A DNA stretch of 63,727 nucleotides, filler included, from Octopus bimaculoides (lineage: Eukaryota), in the NCBI RefSeq assembly GCF_001194135.2. It is 7 parts of 5 records of this genome, joined end to end, with 100 filler letters (N's around TTAATTAATTAA, not from the genome) between each part and the next. Parts side by side here need not be neighbours in the genome. Positions count along the whole stretch, not along the records: positions 40,787 to 61,847 come from NC_069002.1; 6 more parts are not named here. One strand, written 5' to 3'. Position 1 is the stretch's first letter; each line of letters opens with the position of its first letter. Shown piece by piece: positions 41,785-54,135 of this stretch. The position numbers and the translations under genes are program-made. The notes under the pieces are model-generated. The model was not told the origin of the DNA. It saw only the letters and a program-made list of their open reading frames with translations, and searched no databases.

Positions 41785-42153
41785 CGACCACAATGACGAC
41801 GATGATGACCAATACAACACCAAAAGAGGAATCTTTTGGTGTTGTGTTGGTAAAAATATTCAAAATGAATCTTGTATAATCTTAATTAGGTTTTAGCCAA
41901 TGGGATTCAGTCAATAAGACACATGAAGATTATTTTGGAACACAATCAACCAGTTTGTTAAACAAGAATAAAGACAATGAAGAACTACTTGATACAACTA
42001 AAACATCTTCTAAGTTGTATCTTTACATATGCACAACTTATGTTGCTGAATATCTAAAGGGAAATCCTGAAAAACTGGGGCTTACAGGCAAAGAAAGTGA
42101 TCACTTAATACTTACTGTTTAGGAATTCTTCCTATAAAGGGATAGTTTCTAAC
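40787..42153. repeat. Diverged ~330-bp inverted repeat (40787-41123 / 41833-42153)
   Basis: Colinear reverse-complement alignment, roughly three-quarters identical by eye. The left arm is cut by a gap. Confidence 0.9.
41441..41675 (+). mobile_element. SINE family A, young copy
   Basis: ggcggcgagctggcagaaacgttagcacgccggg... with CpGs intact and an (AAAT) tail. Confidence 0.9.
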
Positions 42154-42284
42154 TGAGAAACAAAGTTCTGTCTTGGAATTTCATTTGCCCTATGCAAGCA
42201 GAGGTAGGTTTTTCTAAAGCCAGATGCACTTTCTGTCACCAACCCTTAACTGTTCCCAAGAAAGATTATATTGCCTCTGTGGAG

Positions 42285-42765
42285 GGAGCCTAGGGACGAT
42301 CTCTAATTGTGGAGGGAAACTGTGGAAGGGGTAGATCCAGGAAGATGTGGGAAGAAGTAGTGAGAAAGGATGTTCAGATACTGGGCCACACTGATGACAA
42401 GGCACCAGGACTTGTAGCGATTTGCTGTACTTGAGAAGATGCATCAAGCTAAGTAAAATCGTAACCATCCATACATACAGGCATGTCGTTTGCAGGTGCC
42501 GGTGCAACATAAAATGCACTCAAGCCAGTGCCATGGGAAATGTACTTGTACCAGTGCTGCATGCAAGCACCTGTGCTACTGGCATGCACAAAACACCCAG
42601 CACTCTCTGTAAAGTGGTTGGTGTTAGGAAAGGCATCCAGCCATAGAAACCATGCTAAACAGACAATTGGAGTCTGGACAGCTCTTCAGCTGGCCAACTC
42701 CTTTGAAACCACCCAACTCAGGCCTGCATGGAAAATGGACATGAAATAATGATGATGACGATGAC
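42285..42765 (+). mobile_element. RTE LINE 3' end with long 3' UTR and (GAT)n tail
   Basis: VEGNCGRGRSRKMWEEVVRKD, then a 3' UTR shared with other copies in this window. Confidence 0.75.
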
Positions 42766-43033
42766 AAGGCTTCCAAACACCAGCAGCACAATAGCCAAAC
42801 ATGTTTTCACAGCAGATTGTAAACAATGTCAGTTGTAAGATGGTGGTACATGTTTATAATTTACAAGTGTGCAAAGTTAACATAAGGAGATGCATTTAAA
42901 CACACACATGCACATTATACATACATATATATATATATAGAGAGAGCAACATTTTCCCAAAGAGCAGTGAAGGAGAACTGAACCTAAAATCACTTCATTG
43001 TTGCAAAATGAACTTCATAATCACACAGCCATG

Positions 43034-43069
<36 letters not shown>

Positions 43070-43859
43070 NNNNNNNNNNNNNNNNNNNNNNNNNNNNNNN
43101 NNNNNNNNNNNNNNNNNNNNNNNNNNNNNNNNNNNNNNNNNNNNNNNNNNNNNNNNNNNNNNNNNNNNNNNNNNNNNNNNNNNNNNNNNNNNNNNNNNNN
43201 NNNNNNNNNNNNNNNNNNNNNNNNNNNNNNNNNNNNNNNNNNNNNNNNNNNNNNNNNNNNNNNNNNNNNNNNNNNNNNNNNNNNNNNNNNNNNNNNNNNN
43301 NNNNNNNNNNNNNNNNNNNNNNNNNNNNNNNNNNNNNNNNNNNNNNNNNNNNNNNNNNNNNNNNNNNNNNNNNNNNNNNNNNNNNNNNNNNNNNNNNNNN
43401 NNNNNNNNNNNNNNNNNNNNNNNNNNNNNNNNNNNNNNNNNNNNNNNNNNNNNNNNNNNNNNNNNNNNNNNNNNNNNNNNNNNNNNNNNNNNNNNNNNNN
43501 NNNNNNNNNNNNNNNNNNNNNNNNNNNNNNNNNNNNNNNNNNNNNNNNNNNNNNNNNNNNNNNNNNNNNNNNNNNNNNNNNNNNNNNNNNATATATATAT
43601 ATAAATGTTTGTGTATCCATATTTGTCCCCCACCACCATTGCTTGACAACCGATGTTGGTGTGTTTACATCCCTCTAACTTAGCAGTTCAGCAAAAGAGA
43701 CTGATAGAATAAGTACTAAGCTTACAAAGAATAAATACTGGGGGTAAATTTGTTTGACAAAAGGCAGTGCTCCAGCATGGCCACAGTCAAATAACTGAAA
43801 CAAGTAAAAGAATAAAAGAATACACACACACACACGTACTGGCAGTAGCTCTTCCTCAT

Positions 43860-44290
43860 TCCAGAGTATTTCTTTCTTCTTCATCTGTACTTTTTCATTT
43901 ATGTTGGTGCCTCTGATGGCTGTCAAGACTGATTTTTGCATGGAACAATAAATAGTTCACAGAGGTCACATCTGATGCTTGATAGAAGCATTGGCTGGAG
44001 TTGGTAGGTCTTTCATCATAACCATTTATTTTCTTCAAGTCCTTGATGGTGTTTTTCAAAGTGTTCAATGCCTATCTTGATGATATGATGCCACACTGCT
44101 CTGTCTTCTCAGGATAGATTTAAGGTCAGTATTAATGCTCTTCATCGTCTGTTTCAGTTGGTTTTTGTAGTGTTGCATGGGACGCCTGCATGATCTCTTG
44201 CCAGGACCGAGTCTGTTGTGGAGGATTTGATGTGGCGTGCTAATACTCTTCATGCAATGAACATAACCTGACCAACTGAGGCAATATTTG
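43860..44290 (-). mobile_element. RTE-clade LINE 3' coding remnant
   Basis: LSWSGYVHCM..PHQILHNRL..GKRSCRRPMQHYKNQLKQTMK, followed by a decayed CDLC..SHQRH-type zinc finger. Confidence 0.8.
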
Positions 44291-44304
44291 ATGATGATAA
44301 GGTG

Positions 44305-44520
44305 GTGAGCTGTCAGAAACGTGAGCACACCAGGTGAAATGCTTAGTGGTATTTCGTCTGTCTTTATATTCTGAGTTGAAATTCTGCCGAGGTCGACTTT
44401 GCCTTTCATCTTTTTGGGGGTTGATAAATTAAGTACCAGTTGCATACTGCGGTCAATCTAATTGAATGGCCCCCTCCCCAAAAATTTCGGGGTTTGTGCC
44501 TAGAGTAGAAAAGAATATTT
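44305..44520 (+). mobile_element. SINE family A, CpG-decayed copy
   Basis: Aligns to the 3748 copy, TSD-like aatatttgatgatgat on both sides. Confidence 0.85.
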
Positions 44521-44836
44521 GATGATGATGATGATAGCCTCAATACCGTTCATGCATACATACATGCAAACATAGTTACAAACATACATTCATACATATA
44601 GACACATACATACATGAATACATACATACATACACATATACACACATACATACATGAATACATACATACATACACATACATACATGAATACATACATACA
44701 TGAATAATATACATTCATACATACACATATACACACATATATACATGAATACATACATGAATATATACAAACATATAAACATACAAACAGGCATACATGT
44801 ATGTATGTGCATGCATGTGTATGTGTGTGTGTATAC

Positions 44837-44971
44837 ATCTGCTTTTTCTATACAGGCATGAGTTGAATGAGACTTTTCGAAGCCAGATGTACTTTGTGGT
44901 ACCAACTTTTTTTTGTTTTCAAGTAAGGTGTTTATTCCATTGTCTATGCAAGACATAAATGTCACCACTAC
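44837..44971 (-). CDS. Possible next exon: VVVTFMSCIDNGINTLLENKKKLVPQSTSGFEKSHSTHACIEKAD
   Basis: Good acceptor (ttcatatctcttAG) and open 135 nt. It is in frame only if the alternative donor gtatga at 45048 is used (77-nt intron). Its own donor gtatac is weak. Confidence 0.3.
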
Positions 44972-45052
44972 CTAAGAGATATGAATAAATATAAAGACAT
45001 TAAGAAATCACATGAATGCACATGCACACACTTATTAATCGTTCATACTAAC

Positions 45053-45210
45053 CTTTTAAAATGTGAGTCACCCAAAGGGAAGACCATCGAGTCCAGAATA
45101 TTTTTCAAAGAGTTCAGATTTACTTGATTCCGGTTACTACATTCAGCATCAATTTGACTCAGAAACTTGGCTTGCTGTTCGTTAAGAATATTTTTCAGAA
45201 TCTCTTCAAC
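45053..45210 (-). CDS. EFCAB6: Internal coding exon of the EFCAB6-like gene: VEEILKNILNEQQAKFLSQIDAECSNRNQVNLNSLKNILDSMVFPLGDSHFK(R)
   Basis: Acceptor attttctttttaAG, donor AAG|gttagt, open 158 nt. The helix-loop-helix followed by LxxILxxxVFPLxDxxFKR is typical of EFCAB6-type degenerate EF pairs (recalled). Confidence 0.8.
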
Positions 45211-46034
45211 CTTAAAAAGAAAATTTCAGGATAAATGTAAATAAATCAAAGCTCATGTCAATTTATTAAGCATTAACACGTTCATTAAAATATTCCTATA
45301 TAAATGCACTACATTTGTTTAATTTGATTCTGAAAATGAAAAATTTACTAAAATAACTTTGTCATTATTAAGCTAATGCTTGGAACATAAACCAATATAT
45401 AATTTTGATCAATTTCAATCACTTTAAAATAGAAAGTTTGTATAATCCATATAATGAATGGGTCAAGGCAGATTGGTATCAAAATGTTTAAGTCACTTGG
45501 TTATTAGACGCATACATTTATTCTTTTATTCTTTTACTGGCTTCAGTGAGTGAGACAATGTTAATGCTGGGGTGTCTCCTTTAAGGATACTATTGATAGT
45601 ATCTACCACAGTAGTTTACAGGGATATATTTTATCAACCTCAGAAAGATAGAAAGTGCACCAGTGTGTGATCTGAGTTCAGATTGTAATGAGAGGTAAAC
45701 AATTCCAAGAATAACATGGAAAAGTGGTCATTATGATGATATCCTTTGAGAGGGGAGGAGGATCAGCGGAGGGGATCTTGTGCCAGATGAGGAAAGGTTA
45801 GAATGTGATAGAGAGACAGAAACCGGTGTTTTGCTGCAGAGAGAGAGAGAGAGAGAAGAAGAAGAAAGCAAGAGTGCAAGAGAGAGGAGCAGGAAAGAGA
45901 TGGTGGCAAAGTGCCATGGCATATTCACAAAGAATGGGGATCAGAACATAAATGGGATGGAAGAGTAACGGAAGAGAGAGTTAGATGGTGGCAAGTGCCA
46001 ATACATACCCTCAAAGTACAAAGGTCATAATATA

Positions 46035-46330
46035 AGAGGCAGGGTATTGCCATAAGCTTACTCAATGCATCTGTAGCAGACTTCCCAAGTTTAACACAAA
46101 ATTTCACACTGGCTCTTTGTTCCTGTCCATGACAAAATTGCAGGCAACAGCATACACCTGATCACAAAAGCACACATTTCACAACTTGCAAAGTAAACAC
46201 AGCAATGTCATGCAGCACACTGCCTCATGAAGGTCACTGCTAGCTCTCACTATACATGTATCTGTGTGTTGCCATCTGTTGGTGCACTTCAGAACTAGTC
46301 CAGGAACTTTTTGATACCACCTCATACACT
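46035..46330 (-). mobile_element. mariner 5' end (TIR + start of transposase)
   Basis: TIR-like tatgaggtggtatcaaaaagttcc, and the ORF KFCVKLGKSATDALSKL matches the mariner N-terminal HTH start. Confidence 0.75.
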
Positions 46331-46425
46331 GGACTCTCCATACAGTACAGTGAATAGCATTTGTAACACCAGGCACCCTAGAATCTCAACATTGCATATC
46401 TTCACCATGTCATCATTTTTATATA

Positions 46426-47877
46426 TCTATATATATAAAAATGAGAATGTGTGTGTCTGTCTGTCTGTCTGTCTGTGTGAATCCCTAAAACTCGAGAACT
46501 ACGCAACCAGTTTCATTCAAATTTTACACATGCCTTACTTAGGGTTCCAGTTGTGTTTTAGTCAAAAAAAATTATTAACTTCTTGCAGAGTTCGAGCACA
46601 CGGCAACATAATATCTCCTCCACTATTTAAGTATTACGTGTCAAAAGTGAAACAAAAACACTCATGTCAAATACTTTCACTTTAAAAATGAAACTATTCC
46701 ACTAACTGAAACAATCACATTTCGATACTGTAGTGACAGNNNNNNNNNNNNNNNNNNNNNNNNNNNNNNNNNNNNNNNNNNNNNNNNNNNNNNNNNNNNN
46801 NNNNNNNNNNNNNNNNNNNNNNNNNNNNNNNNNNNNNNNNNNNNNNNNNNNNNNNNNNNNNNNNNNNNNNNNNNNNNNNNNNNNNNNNNNNNNNNNNNNN
46901 NNNNNNNNNNNNNNNNNNNNNNNNNNNNNNNNNNNNNNNNNNNNNNNNNNNNNNNNNNNNNNNNNNNNNNNNNNNNNNNNNNNNNNNNNNNNNNNNNNNN
47001 NNNNNNNNNNNNNNNNNNNNNNNNNNNNNNNNNNNNNNNNNNNNNNNNNNNNNNNNNNNNNNNNNNNNNNNNNNNNNNNNNNNNNNNNNNNNNNNNNNNN
47101 NNNNNNNNNNNNNNNNNNNNNNNNNNNNNNNNNNNNNNNNNNNNNNNNNNNNNNNNNNNNNNNNNNNNNNNNNNNNNNNNNNNNNNNNNNNNNNNNNNNN
47201 NNNNNNNNNNNNNNNNNNNNNNNNNNNNNNNNNNNNNNNNNNNNNNNNNNNNNNNNNNNNNNNNNNNNNNNNNNNNNNNNNNNNNNNNNNNNNNNNNNNN
47301 NNNNNNNNNNNNNNNNNNNNNNNNNNNNNNNNNNNNNNNNNNNNNNNNNNNNNNNNNNNNNNNNNNNNNNNNNNNNNNNNNNNNNNNNNNNNNNNNNNNN
47401 NNNNNNNNNNNNNNNNNNNNNNNNNNNNNNNNNNNNNNNNNNNNNNNNNNNNNNNNNNNNNNNNNNNNNNNNNNNNNNNNNNNNNNNNNNNNNNNNNNNN
47501 NNNNNNNNNNNNNNNNNNNNNNNNNNNNNNNNNNNNNNNNNNNNNGCCCTGCTTCTCACATGGACAACTGTATGTTGGCTGCTCAAGAGTGGGCAGCAAC
47601 AAAAAACCTATTTGTCTATGCTCCACAAGGGAAAACAAGGAACATAGTTTACAATGAGGTGTTATAGTCACAACAGCAAGAAAGTATGTACATGATCACC
47701 TTCTTTTACGAAACTTCATTGACTTTCATATATTTATATTGATATACATATATATACGTGTGTTTGGGTGCGTGTGTGTATATACATCTCTATATATAAA
47801 GATGATGCGTAGTCTAGACGGCGTTTTTAGATTTCATTATTCTCTTTAACCCGGGCAACGCCGTGTATTTCTGCTAG
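46426..47877 (+). mobile_element. Non-autonomous Helitron retaining the helicase C-terminus
   Basis: A|TC 5' end, 3' GC hairpin + CTAG|T. At 47547-47667 it reads PCFSHGQLYVGCSRVG..(frameshift)LFVYAPQGKTRNIVYNEVL*. The middle is a gap. Confidence 0.9.
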
Positions 47878-48044
47878 TATACACTATTCCTGGCTGGTGT
47901 ATGTATTGGACAGGACATTTTAAGGCAGTATTTCATAACAAAATATTCTTTTAATTACCTCTATGATATACAGAGGTTCAATGTGAGTATTGTAAAAACC
48001 AAGTAGCACATTGTATGGGTATATATAGTTGTATACCATTTGCA

Positions 48045-48362
48045 AGTGAAGGCGTGTGGCTTAGTGGTTAGGGTATTCAGCTCACAATCGTAAGGTTGTG
48101 AATTCAATTCCCAGTGATGTATTGTGTCCTTGGGCAAGACACTTTATTTCACACTGCTCCAGTCCACTCAGTTGGCAAAAATGAGTTGTACCTGTATTTC
48201 ACAGGGCCAGCCTTGTCAAACTCTGTGTCTCTTTGAGAACTACATTAAAACTACATGTGTCTATGGAGTGTTCAGCCACTTGCATGTTAATTTCATGAGC
48301 AGGTTGTTCCATTGACTAGATCAACTGGAACCCTTGTTGTCATAACTGACAGAGTGCCAGTT
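48045..48362 (+). mobile_element. SINE family B, full length
   Basis: 14-bp TSD tataccatttgcaa on both sides. Confidence 0.9.
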
Positions 48363-49007
48363 TATACCATTTGCAACATTAGACATTCTGAACCCTTTAC
48401 ATTGCACACTTAATACTATTTGCACTACTTGGATTTTACAAAAGTAGACAAGTATTTTCAGGGCTGACTGATACCACAACAGTGTGTAATGCTTTGAAGG
48501 AGTTCGAAGTATTCCCAATAAACTACAGATACGATTTGTCTCAAAAAGTGGTACATATATGAATGGGATTAATTGACAGTAAGGTAAAGGTTACATTCTT
48601 GAGTCATGCTGACTGATAAGGGCATGATGTATAAATCCCCCACCTGGACAGGATGCTGGTCTTTTGCAGGATTACTCATTTTTGCCAGCTGAATGAACTG
48701 GAGCAATGTGCAATGAAGTGTTTTGCCCAAGAACACAATGTGTCACCAGGTCCAGTAATCGAAACCACAACCTTACAATCATGAGTCCAACACCTTAACC
48801 ACTAAGCCACACATCTCCACTTATTAATTGAAAGTAGTTTTGACAGGTCAAGAAACTAAAGATTACTGATGGGAAAGTTTGTGCTTTATTTATTGTCAAA
48901 ATTAATTTTCCTCCACAATTAGTATTTAGTAGCTGATGGATAGCATTACATTGATTCAAAGAAACAAAATCTTATCTAAAAGAAAGATAAATAATAAAAA
49001 TTCTTAC

Positions 49008-49058
49008 ACTGCTCCAGAAAGTATCCCTATTCTTGCTTTCACCAGTTGGAGACGGTGT
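49008..49058 (-). CDS. Short internal exon (phase 0-0) of the same gene: TPSPTGESKNRDTFWSS
   Basis: Very long polypyrimidine tract ending ttttcaacAG, donor AGT|gtaaga. The 51-nt exon joins the two flanking exons in frame. Confidence 0.65.
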
Positions 49059-49167
49059 CTGTTGAAAAGAGAGAAAGAAAAAATAAAGAAAGAAAATAAT
49101 AAAATCGAAACATTACAAGAAATTGAAAGAAAATCACACATATGCATCAATTGTATGTATATATAAA

Positions 49168-49201
<34 letters not shown>

Positions 49202-50731
49202 AAACAAAGTAATGACAAAACCATCACCATCATCATATCATCTACCATCATCATCATCATCATTTTCCACCACCACCACCACCACCATCCTCATCTTCAT
49301 CTTTTTCCATCATCATCAGAGAAAGACGAAAGGGCAATGACAATAAACAAGAGGATTACTACAGGATAAAACAGCAAGATTATGTAAGCTGTTTTATGTG
49401 AAGAAGAATTAGAGAAAGACACTGAAATCTATTGAATAATAAATGAATGCTGGGTGTGATGGACCAGCATTAGATCTAATCACAAGAGTGATGAGGGTAT
49501 TCTGCTTTGGTCAATGGGAGTGTCAACAAACAACTCACAGATGAATATTCTAAGCTTGACTTTCATTGTTGCTATTCATGTTCTTATCTTCTTGATTGAA
49601 AATGGTTGAGAGAGTGGAGTAGGGGAGACATAATCAATGAGATCAATGTCAACATAGTCTTTTATTCTTTTACATGTTTCAGTCATTTGACTATGACCAT
49701 GCTGGAGCACCACTTTGAAGGATTCTAGTAAAAAAGAAATCAATCTCAGGACTTTTTTTTAAAAAGCCTAGCATGTATTCTATAGGTCTCTTTTGCTGAA
49801 CTGCTAAGTTACAAGAATGTAAACACACTAATATTGGTTGTCAAGCGGTGATGGTGGGACAAACACAGACACAAATACATACATGCATATATCAAATCGA
49901 ATAGGTAACAGGATGTCAGGTATTAATGCAATACGACTGTTTCAGCTAGCTCCATTTAATCAAACAATGCCATCTTCAGTTGCAAAAAATATGGATTTTC
50001 AACAAACAAGACATATTGATACAATTTTTATCAACTATTTTATCAGAGATAGACGATGAAATAATTCCATGTTGCCACTATTGCAGCAGAAATAATGTAA
50101 GAGAAAAACAACTACAATTTTGGAATGGCAGGAATGGATCACAGTGGGGATCATGGGATTGTAATTCATTTCTAATTTTTATCTATCCTCTTATCACCAT
50201 CAACAGATCTAATGCTAATAGACTGCGTTTATTGCGAATAAGAGCATTATGAGTTGGCAGTTCAGAACTGGTTGCTGGTCATAAATATTATTAGATGTTC
50301 CTTCGAATCTTAATTCCTTATAACTAGAAGTACCCAAAGAAACAAATCTTAGAAGTAGTCAATTAGATAGTGGTAAATGTCCATAAAAAGAGGTAGGATA
50401 GGGGTGACATAAACTTTCTTCATTACTTTCAGTTAAAGGGACCTACACTATGAAACATAGGACATTACAATGAGATCTAGATAAACATTAAGGGCACAGA
50501 GAAAAAAGGTTTATAATCAAGATATGGCAAAATATGTGTATTATAATATGTTGTGTAAAAATAGAATTAAAATTTTTTAAATTTTGGAAAGTAATATCAG
50601 AACCAGGTAAGATAAGAGGGATATACAGACCATTTTAAGCACTAAAAAGATTACTTTCATATAAAGGCTCCATAATATCTAATCCTTACAGAACTATTAG
50701 GTGGTCATGACAAAGATCACTCAAACAATGA

Positions 50732-50771
<40 letters not shown>

Positions 50772-50834
50772 CGCCCTGTTGATCCCTACAAAAATTTTTT
50801 CTCTCCATTTTTTTCATTCTCACCTTTTTTCCCT

Positions 50835-50992
50835 TCTTCCAAGTTCTTTTACAGGGCTTAGAAAAACTGAAGGTCGGCTGCAATAAGTGTGTGAATCTGA
50901 GAGAGGAATATGTTGAATAAAATCATAATTAACTGATTTTCCTGTATTTTCTTTTACCCAAAGCCAAGAATTTTGCAGTACCTCCTTGTGTA
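50835..50992 (+). mobile_element. Second copy of the same mariner-derived element (3' part)
   Basis: GLEKLKVGCNKCVNLREEYVE*, then a decayed TIR. Confidence 0.7.
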
Positions 50993-51004
50993 TATATCGT
51001 TGTC

Positions 51005-51011
51005 GTCATCG

Positions 51012-51052
<41 letters not shown>

Positions 51053-51490
51053 GTTTAATGTTCACCTTCCATGCAGGCATGTGTTAGATGGTTTGAGAAG
51101 AGCTGGCTTGGCTGAAGACTGCACCAAACTTCTGTATCTGTTTTGGCATGGTTTTTATGGCTGGATGTCCTTCTTAACACCAACCACCCCACAGAGTGGA
51201 CTGAGTGCTTTTTACATGGTACCAGCACAGGCGAGGTCAGTTTTGGTATGGTTTTTACAGCTTTTTTAACCTTACATATGCCAACCATTTTACAGTGTAA
51301 ACTGAATGCTTTTTTCCAGTACTGGTAGGGTCACTAAGTAACTTCCAAGACAAAGAACCTTTGAGAGGGAAGAGGACATTGGAGGAGGTGATCTTGTGTC
51401 AGATAATGAAAGGTTAGAGTGTGACAGACAGATAGAAACAAGTGTCGTGCTGTAGAGGAGGTACATGGTTACCTGGCCAGAGAGAAAGAG
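51005..51490 (-). mobile_element. Copy of the same RTE 3' UTR family
   Basis: Reverse-complement similarity to 42590-42760 and 53365-53560, with a (CAT)n tail on the + strand. Confidence 0.7.
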
Positions 51491-51522
51491 GGTGAGAGAG
51501 AGGGAAAGGGAAAGTGATCAAG

Positions 51523-51561
<39 letters not shown>

Positions 51562-51987
51562 ATCACTCTCCACCTCTCTCACTTTCTCTCTCAACTTGCA
51601 TCACACACACACACATGCATATAAATGTATGTACATNNNNNNNNNNNNNNNNNNNNNNNNNNNNNNNNNNNNNNNNNNNNNNNNNNNNNNNNNNNNNNNN
51701 NNNNNNNNNNNNNNNNNNNNNNNNNNNNNNNNNNNNNNNNNNNNNNNNNNNNNNNNNNNNNNNNNNNNNNNNNNNNNNNNNNNNNNNNNNNNNNNNNNNN
51801 NNNNNNNNNNNNNNNNNNNNNNNNNNNNNNNNNNNNNNNNNNNNNNNNNNNNNNNNNNNNNNNNNNNNNNNNNNNNNNNNNNNNNNNNNNNNNNNNNNNN
51901 NNNNNNNNNNNNNNNNNNNNNNNNNNNNNNNNNNNNNNNNNNNNNNNNNNNNNNNNNNNNNNNNNNNNNNNNNNNNNNNNNNNNNNN

Positions 51988-52448
51988 AATCACTCGTCAT
52001 ATCGCAGTTCACCTATTGCGCCCTCAATACATCGCAGATTTTTCTGGCTAATATATGTAGATTTATATCACAGACTCCTCAGTATACTGCAGGTTTCTGT
52101 GGCTGATAGGTATTCATATTTTTTTAGATCTTAATTATTTCTGTGGTAAAATTAGCATTTTCATGCCTAAAAGTTAATAAATTAATAAATAAAAATACAA
52201 TACAGTACTGCACTGCATAACACATTAATTAAAATATGTTAAAAGTAAATACATAATGTACCATAGATGAGTAAACAAAGAATCGCACATACTGTATGGG
52301 AAACAAAACTTGGGAGGCGAGTGTGTGGTGTTGTTTTGCATTTAAAATAATAAAAAAATACAGTACAGTACTGTTTCTACTTTGTGGATTTTCACTTATT
52401 GTGGGGTGTTTTGGAATGTAACATCCACGATAGTCGAGGGATTATTGT
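51988..52448. mobile_element. pogo/Tigger-type non-autonomous MITE
   Basis: Decayed TIRs aatcactcgtcatatcgc / cgatagtcgagggattattgTA with subterminal repeats and a TA flank. Confidence 0.6.
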
Positions 52449-53364
52449 ATACACATGCACACACACATGTATATATGCACATATATATAAAACCGTGTGT
52501 GTGTGTATACACACACACACACACACACACACATGTATATATGCACATACATATAAACATGTGTGTGTATATATATATATATACATACACACACACATAG
52601 ACATCACCAATTTATAAGTATAAGCATGGGGTGTATATGTCAATACATTGAAGTTAAAGAAAGTACAACTATTGGAAGAGAGACTTGTATTGGAAGCAGG
52701 TGTCGAGGGAAATTAGTTTCTGAAAGATTTTACCATCTGCATTCTGACATTCACTGAAATTATGACTGCAACAACTCAACAAAAGAGAAATTGAGAAACT
52801 TGTGTGATTCCAAAGAATATTTGAAAAGATGGCTTTCGGGAAAATGATCACCAATCAAAAGTAACCTTATTTAGTGATCAAGAATATTAGAATTCACACC
52901 TCTTGAATATATCGAAACAACATTAAGATATACAAATCCATAATTAGCATCACGTGACTTTCTGTATATGTAATTGTTACTTAACCATTTTCCAAGTAAA
53001 ATAGCTGCTGGATATATGTTATAACCATTCCTTAATAATTCCTGCGATCAATTGTACAAATGGTTCTTAAATGGGGAGCTGCGATGCACTATGAATTACA
53101 AGTAGTGTTTAGATGCACTAGGGACTTTCAAAAGTAATACTGAAGGCTTTAAAATAGATCAGTACTAAGAGTCTTGTAAAATATGTTATTCATAATTTTG
53201 TTACACATGAAATTGCGATGGGGAGTGGAACATCCAACATTTTGGTCAGAATCCTTCTTCAGAGTAAAGATGATTGGAGGGAAATAAAAGAAAGACATTG
53301 ACTATGTTTGAGAAACTGGCTGCAACTGATGGGGAACAGTTGACAACAAAAATTTGTACCGCCT

Positions 53365-53562
53365 GACTGGCCTTCGTGTGGGTGACACGTAAAAACACCC
53401 ACTACACTCTGAGTGGTTGGCGTTAGGAAGGGCATCCAGCTGTAGAAACTCTGCCAAATCAGATTGGAGCCTGGTGTAGCTATCTGGTTTCACCAGTCCT
53501 CAGTCAAATCGTCCAACCCATGCTAGCATGGAAAGCGGACGTTAAACGATGATGATGATGAT
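53365..53562 (+). mobile_element. Younger copy of the RTE 3' UTR family
   Basis: gagtggttggcgttaggaagggcatccagc...gcatggaaagcggacgttaaacgatgatgat, with CpGs retained. Confidence 0.7.
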
Positions 53563-53769
53563 GTAGAAGGAAGTAGTTGTTGTAGAGAGAAACTAGGTGA
53601 GATGAGGAGATGGAAAGAGAAATGAAAAGAAGTGGGTAAGGGTAAGTTGAGAGAACAACTGAGGTAAGGAGTTAGCTGAAGGATATTATTAGCAGTAATA
53701 TGCAACGGAGGTGATGTAAGTATTTGCCACCTCTGCTCAACCTTTCAGAGATAGCTTCCTCTCAACCTA

Positions 53770-54135
53770 TTTTTGAATGAGATTGGCCACACTGCTCATC
53801 ACCTCATCTCAGTTCTTCTCCACCTGGAAGTCCAGGCTAAATCAGACCCCAACCAATTTAACCAGTCCCGACATCCAACATTCCATGACATTGGATGGCA
53901 TGAACCTGCTTCTCCAGGTGCCAAACTGCAGACCTACTGACTTTTCTTGGTTAATTTTTGCACCTGTAACTGCCTCATATCCTTTTAGAACAGTACCTGG
54001 TGTTTAACACTATGACAGTGACATCATCTGCAGATCCCAACATGGTTCTCCCACATCTTAGTTCATGCAGGATAACTCTCAACACCTCCAATTTTTGCAC
54101 TGGTGACCCTTGAACCAGTACATACAAAAGAGGCA
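53770..54135 (-). mobile_element. Tx1/L1-clade RT core fragment, degenerate
   Basis: PLLPLLYVL..SADDVTV (decayed YADD)..YEAVTGAKINQEKS..VKLVGV. Confidence 0.8.

Noticed and set aside
48462-48550. Plus-strand exon-like frame GLTDTTTVCNALKEFEVFPINYRYDLSQKV
   Set aside because: Short, antisense to the supported gene, with a mediocre donor and no partner exon I can link.
52640-52860. Possible CR1/L2 remnant or exon
   Set aside because: Similarity is only suggestive, with stops in all frames. Not assignable by eye.
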